64,000 nt of DNA from the NCBI RefSeq assembly GCF_009914755.1, contig NC_060927.1. One strand, given 5' to 3'. Shown in pieces: positions 45,424 to 58,640 of this stretch. Within the stretch, counting starts at the first letter, position 1. Every line of letters begins with the position of its first letter. The position numbers and the translations under genes are program-made. This DNA comes from the human T2T-CHM13v2.0 reference genome, Homo sapiens. The notes below the pieces were generated by a model. That model saw only the letters and a list, made by a program, of their open reading frames with translations, was not told the origin of the DNA and ran no database searches.

Positions 45424-46049
45424 GAGGGGGAGGCAGTTCAGGCAGAGGGAACAGCATGAACGAGCAGGCAGAGGACCTGCTGCCATCCTCCTAGAAGGAA
45501 ATATATCACCAGGGGTCCAGCACAACAGGAAGCCCACTAGTATTGCAAACAGAGGGAATTTAATCCAGGGGACTGGCTGCATAGATATAGGTGGTACAAA
45601 AACTGACAAGGCAAAGCAGACAGCGAGCAGACCAGTGTGCAGGGTGTGTTTGGGAAGTGACTGGTAGCCTGGTAATGGGGTGTGGGGTGTACAGCGGGGG
45701 GAGGGGTGTGTAGAGGATGGCACAGGGCTGGAAGGCAGCTTGGGAGCAGAGTGGAAAGGCTGGTCCTACGGTGCATGCTTGATTTGCAAAGTTACAGAGC
45801 CTCGTCTAAAGCATGGCCTGGTGGGCTTGAGCAGCCGTGGGAGGGTGGGCTGCTGGGCTGGCCTTGGTGGGAGGCTGCTGGGGTTGACCAGGGCAGGACT
45901 CGCCCAAGGCTGCTGCCAGAGAGGAGAGGTGGGATGGGCTCAGAGACATTCCCAAGGCTCAGTCTTCTGGCTCAGTGACGAATTGAGTGGGGGGAGGGAC
46001 GTCAACAAGTCTGAACACTCTGACCCGGTGCCATCCTCCTAGAAGGAAG

Positions 46050-46525
46050 TGTATCAGCCAGGGGCCCGGCCCATCAGGAACCATGCTAGTATTTCCAACA
46101 GAGGGAGTTTAATCCAGGGGACTGGTTGCATCGGTGGTATAAAAACTGAGAAGGCAAACGAGATGGTGAGCAGCCCCGAGGTGAGCAATGGGAGGACGGC
46201 GCTGCACCATTTGGAGCAGGAGGGACAGAAAAGGGAAGCAGGTGGAGCCCGGAGGCCGGGAGCTGCCCACCAGGAAGAAGCCACAGCAGACCTGCGCAGT
46301 GGGAACTGGCGCCGGGGAGGCGCAAGCCCTGCTAGAGATGCTTCCTAGAGCAGGGACCCAGGGGAGGAAATGCCCCGGCGTCTCCCCTCCGCCCACCCTC
46401 TCCTCACCTGCTATTGGCCAAACCTACCTGGAGCAAGGGACCTGGGGAGCGTAACCCTGAGATACAAGCCAGCCCGAGAAGAATGGGCATGTGTGTGGGA
46501 GCAGCGGGCCGACAGGAGCACAGGA
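46050..46525. mobile_element. old ERVL-type LTR (LTR33/LTR16 group)
   Basis: TGTATCAGCCAGGG..CTAGTATTTCCAACAGAGGGAGTTTAAT..CTATTGGCCAAACCTACCTGG. Confidence 0.5.
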
Positions 46526-47126
46526 ACACCAGAGGAAGCAGCTGCGGAGAAGAGACCGTGCGTCCTGATCTGAAGATGGGAAGCGAGAGGTCCCTCCAGG
46601 AAGGAATGTCTAGTTTGCAGCAGCATAGAGAGTAGGATGGCTGGGGAGGTAGATGTGGCAGGCGTGACTGTAGCTCTCTGTCTCAGGTTTTCTCAACCCA
46701 GGCAAAAGCTGATTAATGCCTGAGTCACTCTGTCCGCGAGCTGAGCCTCCTGGGTGGGGCAGGGCAAGGTGGTATCGGGTGATTCGGGGATGTGCCAGGC
46801 CTCAGGGAGGGGAGAGAGGATAGTGTGCGGGAAACAGAGCTGGCCTGGAGAGGCTGTCACGCCCACAGCATCACCCCAGTTCTGACGGCAAAGCTGTGTG
46901 ACTTTGAGCAAGTGAATGATGCGCTCTGGGCTTCGATTTCCTCGTCATCACCAACCCCTGCCTCCAGCACAAGCTGCTCCACACCAGGCAACCGCCTGTA
47001 GTTGCCCAAACTCTGTGCTTCCTCAACACCCAGGCCTGCAGTAGACGCCACCCCCGACCTGGAATCTCCTTCCCCATTCCCACACGTCTTACTTTCTCCA
47101 GTCTTTCAGATTCAGTCCTAGCAGAC

Positions 47127-47431
<305 letters not shown>

Positions 47432-48419
47432 TCACAAAGACAAAAACGAAATCCCTTCAATGCCCATTTCCTGAATCAACTGCATCCCCCAGGAACTGCT
47501 TTGGGATTTTACTTATTATTTGGGATTATTTGTGCTCATTTCCCCTGTACCAAAAGTCAGAATCAAGTTAGCTGCGCTGTGTCTCTGTCACAAATGTCTG
47601 CTTGTATAAATAGGAGGGGGTACAAGCATGTGTCCACACACGCACACACGCCTCTCTCCGGATAAAGAGGTCTCGGGGTGAGGATTCTGGAACCCGTCCT
47701 TCCACACCTACTGCGTCTGGTCACTGTCTCCGAGGCTGACATTCCTCACGCCGAGGGATGGGCAGGCAGAAGGCTGCAGGCAGTGCGCCAGCCAGGTCAG
47801 CTTACAGCGAGCTGTCAACCCAGTCACTGACGCCTCAGCGAGGCCATAAATAACAGCGGTGAAGCTGCAGCAGGCCACCCGGGCCTCCCCCAAACCACTC
47901 CTCTGCCATCAATCTCGCCTGATGACTGCTTGGCGTTCAGGCTTCCGCGTGACCCGACCACGGCCCCAAGCGTTCTTTGGGGCGCAGTGTCCCTTCCCAG
48001 GCACGGAGTGGGTCAGCCAGGAGCACACTGCCTCGCAAGGTCCCCGTGTCCTGCCAATGTACTTTCTGGATGCTGGAGGCAGGCTGAAAAAGACTCCCAT
48101 CACTCAAAACCCCACCCCTCTCAAGACCGGCTCCAGAAAGCTGAGTTCCATCCCCGTTGTTGATCCGGTCATGGTGGACTCTGTACCAGAAACGATGCCA
48201 CACAGCAACTGCTGCCCTCCGCCATGCAGCAGCGACTCACCCTGTGCCCAGGCTGCTCTTGTGTTCTTTGCAATGTGAGTGGGCAAAAGCCGACATATAA
48301 GGCAGCTCTTCCGCTCAGACTCCTTTTGTCCCGCCCTCAGCGGCAGGGACCTTATGTCCACGCCCTTGGTTCTGAGGCTCCAACTCTCACCACCCTAAAA
48401 CATCCACCTAAAATCACAG

Positions 48420-49998
48420 ACCACCACACATACACCCACACACCACATACACACACACCACACACACCATACACCCACACACCCGACACACAGACCACAC
48501 ACACACCACATACACACTACACACACACACCATACACACACACACCCGACACACAGACCACACACACAACACATACACACACACACCACACACCACACAC
48601 CCACACACCCGACACACAGACCACACACACCACATACACACACACCACACACACCATACACACACACCAGACACATACACCCACACACCACATACACACA
48701 CACACCACACACACCACACACCCACACACCCGACACACAGACCACACACACACCACATACACACACACACCACACACACCATACACACACACCCAACACA
48801 CAGACCACACACACCACATACACACTACACACACACACCATACACACACACACCCGACACACAGACCACACACACAACACATACACACACACACCACACA
48901 CCACACACCCACACACCCGACACAGACCACACACACCACATACACACACACACCACACACACCATACACACACACACCCGACACACAGACCACACACACA
49001 ACACATACACACACACCACACACCCACACACCCGACACACAGACCACACACACGCCACATACACACACTACACACACACCATACACACACACCAGACATA
49101 CACCCACACACCACATACACACACACCACACACACCATACACCCACACACCCGACACACAGACCACACACACACCACATACACACTACACACACACCAGA
49201 CACACACACCAGACACATACACCCACACACCACATACACACACACCACACACACACACACCCGACACACAGACTACACACACACCACATACACACACTAC
49301 ACACACACCACATACACACACACTACACATACAAAACACACCCGCCACACACACCACATACGCACACACTACACACACCATACACACACACCACACACCA
49401 CATACGCACACACACCACACACCCCACATAGACACACATACCATACACACACACCAGACACATGCACACCACACACACCACACACCACATACACACACAC
49501 CACACACCACGTACACACACCACACACGCACACACACCACACACCCCACATAGACACACATACCATACACACACACCAGACACATGCACACCACACACAC
49601 CACACACCACATACACACACTACACACACACCATACACACACCAGACACACACACCATACACCACACACATCACACACTACACACACACCAAACACATAC
49701 ACACACCACATACATACCACACACACATGCACACTCGCACACCACACACACACCACACAGATACACACCACACATACCACACAACACACACACATACACC
49801 CCCACACACATACACCACCACACCACACACATATACACCACACAGACCACATGCACCACACACACCATACACACATCACACACACACACCACACATACAT
49901 ACACCACATACACTACACACACCACACGCACACTCACACACCACACCCCCCACATACTACACACACCACACATATTTACATGCACACACACACACACA
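48420..49998. repeat. degenerate CA-rich tandem array 1
   Basis: ~1.58 kb of CACAC/CACATA units with a recurrent CACCCGACACACAGACCACAC higher-order motif. Confidence 0.95.
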
Positions 49999-51049
49999 CT
50001 TCCTCACTCACAAGCTCTCTCCTGAACTCTTGGGATTTGATTTCTGTAAAATGCTCACATGTCCCCACTCTACCAGCTAATGAGATAATTCCGTGATCTC
50101 ATCAGCCTTCTAATAGGATTTTCATCACATCTCTCTGGATAAAAGCTATCTAAAGGCCCACCAAATGGTCCCTAGGCATTGCACTCTTTATCAGTACCCC
50201 CACTCCATCAAGTTAAGCTTCTGTGGCCACAGGGTGGCAGGAGGGAGGGGGTCTTCCAGAGTCAAACCCCCTTACATCTGGGGAACTGAACTCCAAAGAG
50301 GCAGTGACTTCTGAAGGTCACAGGGTCAGATGGGGGCCCATCCGTCCAGAGTACGGTGCGTCTGGGGAAGAAGTAACCAAATCCAGTCCTTCCCCGAGGG
50401 GACAGAGGGCACACACGGGGAAGCCACGCCCCAGTCCAGGGCCACACAGAGGGGGCCTGTGGTGGACCCTGGTGGTGCTCCTGCAAGCCCCCCACCGGAC
50501 CCCTTCCTGCGTCCGGCCCTTCCCCAGCCCCGGGGGGCTTCCATGGCTAACCCAGGCGCCTGCGACTTGCTTTGGGGCCCTGTCCTCAGGCCATTGCAGG
50601 GAAGTGGGGAGCAGCCTTTAGCCGTGGCGGACTGGGGAGGGGTCTAAAAGCCCAGCTCCCTTGCCTGAGTTGGGGCAAACTCTGAGAAATAATTTATACT
50701 CCAGAACTTTCCTGCGGGATCTAGCTAGGGCTTGTTCTTCCCGGGAAACTGTACCAGCGTGGCTTCCCCCAGCCCACCCGGGCTGCGCACTCCCGGCCTC
50801 CTTACTAGTTCCTCCTGGGATCATCTCCCTTCAATAAATCACCTGCGTCTGGGCCCTTAACGACTGCCTCCGGGGAGCCTGACCTAAGACACCAGGAAAC
50901 GTGTGTGGAACAAACCGAAGGGCTCTGAGGATAACATCAGCCAGGGAGAAGAGCAAGTGGAATGGAGCACGGAGCACATGGTTAAAGGAAAAGGTTCGGG
51001 CAGAGGAGGAGCCTCGCCCGAAGGAGGGATGGAGAAGACACTGCACTTA

Positions 51050-52598
51050 CACATCCACACACACAGCACACACCACACAACCACACACACAATCACACAT
51101 ACCGCACACACAACCACACACAATACACACCACACAACCACACACACCACACACAACCACAAACACCACACACCACACACAACACACACAACCACACACA
51201 CAACACAACACACAACCACACACAACATACAACACACACAACCACACACCACACAACCACACACTGCAACCACACACACAATACACACAACACACAGCAC
51301 ACACCACACACAACACACAGCACACACCACACAACCACACACAGTCACACATACCACACACACCACACAACCACACACACAATCACACATACCACACACA
51401 ACCACACACACAACACAGACACACAACCACACACACACCACACACCACACACAACCACACACCACACACAGCCACACACCACGCACAACCACACAACCAC
51501 ACACCACACACAACCACACACACAACACACACCACACACACAACCATACACAACCACACACAACACCATATAATCACACACACAATCACACATACCACGC
51601 ACCACACATAACACACACCACACGACCACACACCACACAACCACACACACCACACACAACCACACATACCACACAACCACACCACACACCACACACACAA
51701 CCACACAACCACACACCACACACCACACACAACCACACACACCACAACCACACACACAACACACACAACCACACACCACACAACCACACCCACCACAACC
51801 ACACACACCTACACACACCACACACAACCACACAACCCCACACACAACCACACACAACCACACAACCACACACCACACACCACACACAACCACACAACAC
51901 ACAAACACACAACACACAACCACACACAACACACACCACACACAACCACACACCACACACAACATACACAACCGCACACACAACACACAACCACACAACA
52001 CACAGCACACACAACCCCACACACACCACACAACCACACACCGCAACCACACACACAACACACACAACACAGCACACAGCACACAACCACACAGTCACAT
52101 ATACCACACACACAACACACACCACACAACCACACACCACACACACAATCACACATACCACACACACAACACACACAACCACACACACCACACACAACCA
52201 CACAACCACACACAACACAATCACACATACCACGCACAACCACACATAACACACCACACAACCACACACCACACATACCACACACAACCACACATACCAC
52301 ACAACCACACACCACACGCACCACACACAACCACACAACACACCACACACCACACACAACCACACACCACACAAACATACAACACACAACCACACACCAC
52401 ACACACAACCACACAACCAACCACACACCACACACACCCACACACACCAACACAACACACAACCACACACCACACACACAACCACACAACCACACACCAC
52501 ACACAACCACACACACAACCACACACACCACACACAGCTACACACACCACATACACTACACACACAACCACACACACCACACACACACAACCACACAA
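51050..52598. repeat. degenerate CA-rich tandem array 2
   Basis: ~1.55 kb of CACAC/CAACCACA units. Confidence 0.95.
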
Positions 52599-52959
52599 CG
52601 GTGTGGCTGAAGCCAGCAGAAATGAAAAGTCCTCTGGTACCTCCCCTTCAAACAGCTCACACTCATGCGGGTCACTGTGGCACGGCGCCCTCACACGCGC
52701 ATCCGCAGAGCGCACCTGTCCCAGCGTGGCCAAGACCGCCTCTTTCACCCAGGGCCCTCTGTGGACGTTAGTCTGCTCTGAGTCACCCCTGGATAACTGA
52801 GGACTTGCCTGTCAAGTATGAAACATTTAGCACGTACAGTCCTTTGAGTGGAATTAGAGTGGAAGAGTGTAACTCAGCGTGTAAGAGTTGCCTGCTGCTG
52901 CTTTGAACAGAGGGTAATTGCAGCAGATGCCTTCAGCCCCTGCTCTTTTCAGCAGCCAC

Positions 52960-53312
52960 TGTACAGGGCGGTTCCACCCCATCTCCCACCTCCCGGCCCA
53001 GCTCTCTGATGTCTCTGCCCGGTGGCGTTCCCCGATGCCCCTTTGCCTGAGCGCCGAAGCGTGGGGAGTGGAAGCTGGCGGTGGGAGCCGGTGGAGGCAT
53101 GCGCGCCTCCTGTGCTTCAGGAAGGCAGCCCTGGAGACCTTCTGGATGCTTCCCAGGAAGGCCCCACAGCAGCCACCACAGCCAGCACGTTTTTCTCTAC
53201 CGGTTTTCCCCCTTCCGCATCTCATGGTCCTGCTCCCTGGGATCATCGCCCAATTAAACTGCATCCAAGCCCTCGCACCAAGCTCTGCTTTCACGGGAAT
53301 GCAAACTGAGAC
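52960..53312 (+). mobile_element. LTR16/LTR33-like ERVL LTR
   Basis: 3' end CCCAATTAAACTGCATCCAAGCCCTCGCACCAAGCTCTGCTTTCACGGGAATGCAAACTGAGACA. Confidence 0.6.
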
Positions 53313-54590
53313 AGTATTATACCTGATGTTACCTTTTCCAAGGTAGCTGGGGTCATCGTTATTTCCCTCAGCTCTTACCTGTGCTGGAGTAGCGTGCTGC
53401 CCTCGGAAGCTACCAGGTACCCTCCGTGAAATGGCCCAGCTGTTCTTTGGGAGTTCGTGTCTGATTTTGCCATTTTTCTATCACTTTCTTAGTTGTTAGC
53501 AAGTCTTCCTCCAGCAGGACCGTTACCTTCCTCCAACTGATCATTTTTGTCTTTAATCTGCTAGCGCCTTGAAATCACGTGACCAAACGTGATAGCCCCT
53601 GTCTGTTGTGAAGGTGAACAGATTCTGAAAGGAGGAATGTTCCTTGGAGCGGATGCATGAGCTTTCATTTCGGGCACTGGAAATTCATTTTGGCTGCTGA
53701 GGAGGTATTTTTATTTCCCTGGCTTAGAGCTCTATTGAGGACAGTGTAGAGGCTGGATAGTCAAACATCGTATTGAGTTCGTTCTTATATTTTAATTTAG
53801 CTATGGGATGTGTTTGTGGGTGAATGCAGTGAGTCTAATAGTACTTACCGCAAATGCCCTAGGGCCGTGGCTTGACATTTATTAGCATATGCCGATTTCC
53901 AACTTTTAGATCCAGTTTTTAAGACTCCAGAAGACTTCACAAGTGTGCCAGCTGCTCAGATGTGAAAACAATATCACACACCAAAAAAAATGGCGGCTTA
54001 CATATGTCAGAGCAAAACTAAAATCAGTCCAGGGGTTGAATGCAAATCCCCCCCATTCAGCCCCCAAGTCTCACCCAGATGTCCCCTCTCCTCTCTGGAG
54101 AAGTTGCACGTCCCCTCTTGAGGGCAGGAGGAGGTACGTGTCCGTTTCGTCCTGGGAGGACTCCCTGGGATTCCTTGTGTAGGAAGAGTTCTGTGCTGGG
54201 GCTTGCTCCCTCCCCTGCAACTTTCCTGATCTCTGGGGCTCAGGGGCAGCCTCTGGTGCCTGGCTGATGGGCACAGCTGGCGAAGGCCACAGAGCAGCTG
54301 AGTGCTGGGGACAGGTGCAAGAGCAAACTCCAGCAGGTGTGTTGACTGTAATGACAGGGTCACTGATGCTGTCTCCCAAGTGTTTTCTGTGCTGCTGACA
54401 ACTGGGGCAGGCGAAAGCACATGGGAATTTGTTGTTGGAAAGGTTACACGGGAGGGAGGGAGGGTGTGACTGTGGGCACCTCCCCGGGACGTGCAGTGAG
54501 TGGGCGTTTCTTTCTTGGATGGGCTCAGCGTGCATGGTGGCTGTGGGCTCCTTTTTGGAGAGGAACTCGAAGTCCAGGCAAAGAGAGGTT

Positions 54591-54731
54591 TACAGGCCTA
54601 TGATGGGGTTACATCCTGATCAACTCATTGTTAGTCCAAAATATAAGTCAAAAATGCATTTAATACCCCAGTAAATCTATCATAAAGTCAGAAAATTGTA
54701 AGTTGAAGTCTCAAGGGCTGGATCATCTGTA
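54591..54731. mobile_element. MER47/Tigger5-type TcMar MITE
   Basis: TATGATGGGGTTACATCCTGAT...AAATGCATTTAATACCCC...ATCATCTGTA, bounded by TA. Confidence 0.7.
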
Positions 54732-54959
54732 TTTCACTGGAACCGTGGCAAGAAGACCCCACAGACTGGCATTCTGGACACGGTTGCAGGTGAGAGGAGG
54801 GCTGCAGCTTGAGGGTCATGGTGGCCTGAAAGGACCTGGGGATGTGAAACGCTGTCATCGAGGGCTGGCGCGCACACAGGAGGTTGATGGGGGTGTGGCT
54901 GCAGGCTGAGTGTTGTTGGCTGCAGAGAGGTTGGGGGGTTGAGAGCGTGGTCATGGAGC

Positions 54960-56200
54960 TCAGTGGCTACAATGACACTCAATGCTCCTGAGGGTGGCGA
55001 AGCCTCAGCAGGGCTGGCTGAAAGCAAAGCAGGGCCGTTCAGTCATTTTCAGCTGTTGCACAGAGTGGCAGTGAGATGCTGACAACTTCACCCACGTGGG
55101 AATCCTCTGAGGCCACCTGAGAAGGAATCTCACAGATGAGAGCTTGGCTGGGGATGCAAAAGGCCCTGAGACAAGCTTACCACGTTGGTGGCTCCAGGGA
55201 GAGATTCCAAAAAGTTTGCAAAAGAAGAAAATGCATCATCCTTTAAAGAGGCGACGTAACTGACCTCCACGCTGAAATATGTGAGTTTCCCAAATTCATG
55301 ATTCTCCAAGGAAGAACTGAAACCTGGGTATGAAAACTACTCAGCCTCTTGGGGGAGGGGTGTCTGGCAGAAGCTTGGAGCTGCTCCAGCTGGGCCCTGC
55401 TCCCAGAAGAGCAGGCTTGCAGAACAGGCCTGGGCATGGCCCAGCTCATTTGAACTGAGTTTCCCCTGTGTGCCATTGACTGGCCCAAAGAAGACATAAG
55501 AGGGAAGCTTCCCAGGGAGACTGATTTCCAATTTTATCATTTCCAATTCAAGCCATTTCTGGGAAAAGTTCCCATTGTCCTGAATGCTCAGTTCAACCAG
55601 GTGCACTAGGTTGTCCAGAATCCTGAGGGGTAGTATCTAATTCTGGTCTCTTTCAGCCAAGTGTACCAGGGTCGGCTAGCACCCTTGTCCCTTGGGCAGG
55701 AAAGAAATGTCAGTATTGCTTAGGAAGTTTCACCAACTCTCAAGGTTATCAAATGGTCTCTTCTTTTGATTCACCTGTCATTCTGAAGACTGGATTTTCA
55801 TTTCCACAGCTGGCAAGGTGGTGTCTGAGCACCTTGGTAGCCCATGTCATAAAGTGAGATCTCCAGAGACCCCCGAGCACACCAGGCCTTCCAGATTAGT
55901 AGTACATCTGCTTCAAAGGGCTTAGCCAGAGCCTCCACAGGCCACTTTTTCAACCTTGCAGGAGTATTAATGCTCCCCATCCGATCACAGGAATGTCCAC
56001 GACCAGGAAATGGCTCTCTGAAGGCTGCCTCCATAGTCTCTGGAATTTCCATGACAGCCAGTGTGGCAAAGAAATCTTGCAAAGGCTGTTGCTGGAATAA
56101 TCCATCCCACAGGACTGGAATCAAAGGACACAGCCAGGCCAGCCACAGAGTTCCAAGAAAAAAATAAAAAGCTCCCCGGATACAGTGACGGATGAAAACT
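54960..56200 (-). pseudogene. decayed leucine-rich-repeat gene, CPN2/LRRC15/GP5-like
   Basis: manual minus-strand translation gives consecutive ~24-aa typical LRRs across frameshifts and stops: RLKKWPVEAL (55956), TNLEGLVCSG (55900), PFDNLE/LVKL/LSNTDISFLPKG (55756-55688), ILPLRILDNLVHLVELSIQDN (55636-55574), LPGKLPSYVF..LSSNELGH, RLSSFHTQVSVLPWRIMNLG (55347), KLTYFSVEVSYVASLKDDAFSSFANF..TNVVSLSQGLLHPQP (55288-55145), then a Cys-containing LRRCT-like HCHSVQQLK..PCF..GFATLRSIECHC. Confidence 0.8.
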
Positions 56201-56930
56201 GCCAGGAAAAAGGCTCAAGGAAAAAGGCTTCCCAGCTACCGTGGGACCTCAGCCCCGGATCCCCAGCTCTGGAAGGAAGCACATCCTTCACGATGGCCCG
56301 CAATCACAGCTTCCACGGCACGGAGATCGTGGAAGTGAAGGCTCTGCGTTGTGTGAGCAACTACTTGTTAGAAGTGGCTCCTGGCAATGTTTAGACTGGG
56401 GACGGGAGGACTGCCTGAGCATGATGAAGACTGCTTCCACTTCTGAAGGGCTGTCTGGGGACTGGGTGTCCACCTGCCCAGAGCCAGCGGGAATGTTACA
56501 GGGAGGCCAGCCCAGGGAAGGCTGGGCTGCACAGACAGGGAGTCAGTTTATCATCACTGAGCAAACCAGTGGGCAAGGAGAATGCAGAGAAGGTTCTTGA
56601 GGGGCCAGGCTGGACAGCTGCAGTCTGCGCTGAGTGGCGGCCAAGGGGTTCCGCTGCCCCCAGAGTGCTGAGAGTTTGGGCTCTGGCTGGGCCCCACCCT
56701 GGGGAGGTGCCCACCATCCTCCAGGCCAAGTGAGGGGGTGGGTGCCTGCTGGAGAGGCGGCACACCTCAGACGGCTGGAGCAGGAGGTGGGGCATCCACA
56801 CGTCCACCCAGGCTTTCAGCCCCTAGTTACTCAGTGAAGATTTTGAGGCCTGGAGAGAGGGGGCGTGGCTTGTTCACAGACACAGGTCGCAAGTGAGGCA
56901 GAGCGGGTGCCACAAATCAGGCTTCCTAAC

Positions 56931-57387
56931 TGTGATGTTCAATTTTAGGTGTCAACCTGAGTGAGCCACAGGGTACCCTGATGACACACACCGTTCCCAG
57001 GTGTGTCTCTGAGGGCGTTTCCCGATGACATTGACATTTGGAAAGGTGGACTCAGCACAGCAGATCCGCTCCCCAGCCAGGGCAGGCACCACCCAATCCA
57101 CTGAGGGCCTGAGTGAACAAAAAGGCAGAGGAAGGAGTAACTGCCCCGCGTCTTCCTGCCTCACTGCTGGAGCGGGGACATCTCATCTCCTGCCTTTGCA
57201 CCGGGATTTATATCATCAGATCCCCTGGTTCTTAGGTCTTGGGACTTGGATGGAATTACACCACCGCCTTCCCTGGGTCTCCAGCTTGCAGAACCTGAGA
57301 TCTCTCAGCCTCTGCAATTGCATGAGCCAATTCCTATCTATCTATCATCTCTTGTTGGTTCTTTTTGGCTGGAGAACAGACTAATAC
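56931..57387 (+). mobile_element. MLT2 (HERV-L) solo LTR
   Basis: TGTGATGTTCAATTTTAGGTGTCAAC...CCACCCAATCCACTGAGGGCCTG...GACTAATACA. Confidence 0.9.
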
Positions 57388-57979
57388 ACGAATCTGTCCT
57401 TTCCCTCCAAATGCAGCTGGAATCTCTGCTCCCCTTTACAAAGCTTCTCTGCGAAAGGATCTCTCACGCCATGGTGGGAAGGGGAGCCTCAGACCCATAG
57501 CCTCCACCCCGGGAGGAAAACAGGGCCAGGACACACCAGCAGGCCTCCTTTGATGAAGACCATGTGGTTTTGCTCCTTCTGTTACTTTGACCTCTGAACC
57601 GCACCCCCACAGACCTAATGATTTCCTGGTAAATCATTTGTAACACCCGCTTTAGTCTCCTGAAAAAAAACTTCACAGATAATATCGTCAAACCTCGCAG
57701 AGAATTTAAAAATAAAACCTTCTATCTGTAATATTAATTAGAAGTCAAAGGTAACTTATAATAAAAGAATTCGTTTCCATGTGGAATGTTTGGCCAAGAT
57801 CTCACTAACAGACTGGAAGTCACTGTCACTCACTCACGATGAGTAAAGGATGAATTTGTGTCCGTGTTTGACATTTTGCAATCAGGGCTAAGCATTGCCT
57901 CGGGATAAAGATTCCCAAAGTGCTGAACAACTCTTGATAAAATCCCAAAGAAAACAAAGCACAGTCTTCCCAGGATGCA

Positions 57980-58640
57980 CGTTGCCAGGTGCGGTCCTGA
58001 ACCGCGCGTCCACGTGGCAGCAGCGCGCAGCAGGAGGCTCCCAGCTGAGATCCTCGAGGACGGGGTTCGTACCACATCGGCATCTGGAGGTCGCAGGGGA
58101 CGCTTGGAAGCCGTGGAGGGCGCGGGACGAGTCACTGTGCAGGACCGCGGCAGCGCGGGGACAATCTGGAGCGCCCCGAACGCTTCGCCGCCCCACCGGG
58201 TGGCGGGTGGACTCGCCTCCGCCCGGCGGCTCCTCGGTGCATGGGCCCCAAGCGGACCTGGCGCTTTTTCAGGCGTGCAGGAGACAGAAGCCGTGACGGC
58301 TCCGCACGCACGCCCGCATGCACTCCGGCAAGTATCCCCCGGGTCACCGTGTCAATGTGCCCGTATCCCTTCTAGGGGACCCGGTTCTGACTTTCCAAGA
58401 ATAAAGTACCGCGCCGCGCCCGCGGGCGGAGCTGGGAGAACCCCTCCCTGGCCCTCCACGTCTGCGCGGGGCGCGTTCTTCCGTGCGACCACAAGGGGGC
58501 GCTCCGAGACCAGGCTCGGGACCTCTGCAGGCGCAGACTTAAAATGCTTGCAGATGCGCGCGTGGTGGAAGCAGGCTGAGAGGGCCAGAAAGCATTCGTC
58601 CTTGGACTCGCATCGCGCTAGACAGTCTAATCTTTGACGG
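57980..58640. promoter_or_regulatory. CpG island with a strong CTCF motif
   Basis: dense CpG; GACCACAAGGGGGCGCTC at ~58487-58504 (+); CCACCGGGTGGCGG at 58193-58206; E-box CACGTG at ~58011. Confidence 0.75.

Noticed and set aside
48224-50080. 618-aa His/Thr-rich ORF and antisense Cys/Val ORFs
   Set aside because: Artifact of a CA-rich array that lacks stop codons; low complexity and open in several frames.
48420-52598. CRISPR-like or telomere-like array
   Set aside because: Primate DNA; no constant repeat with unique spacers, no cas genes and no TTAGGG units.
50884-52748. 225-448-aa ORFs over array 2
   Set aside because: Same simple-repeat artifact.
55337-56124. Treating ORFs 55337-55606 or 55798-56124 as functional CDS
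   Set aside because: They are short in-frame fragments of a frameshifted, stop-riddled LRR pseudogene.
57975-58637. 220-aa ORF in the CpG island
   Set aside because: GC-rich stop-codon depletion; Arg/Ala/Pro-rich with no recognisable domain.
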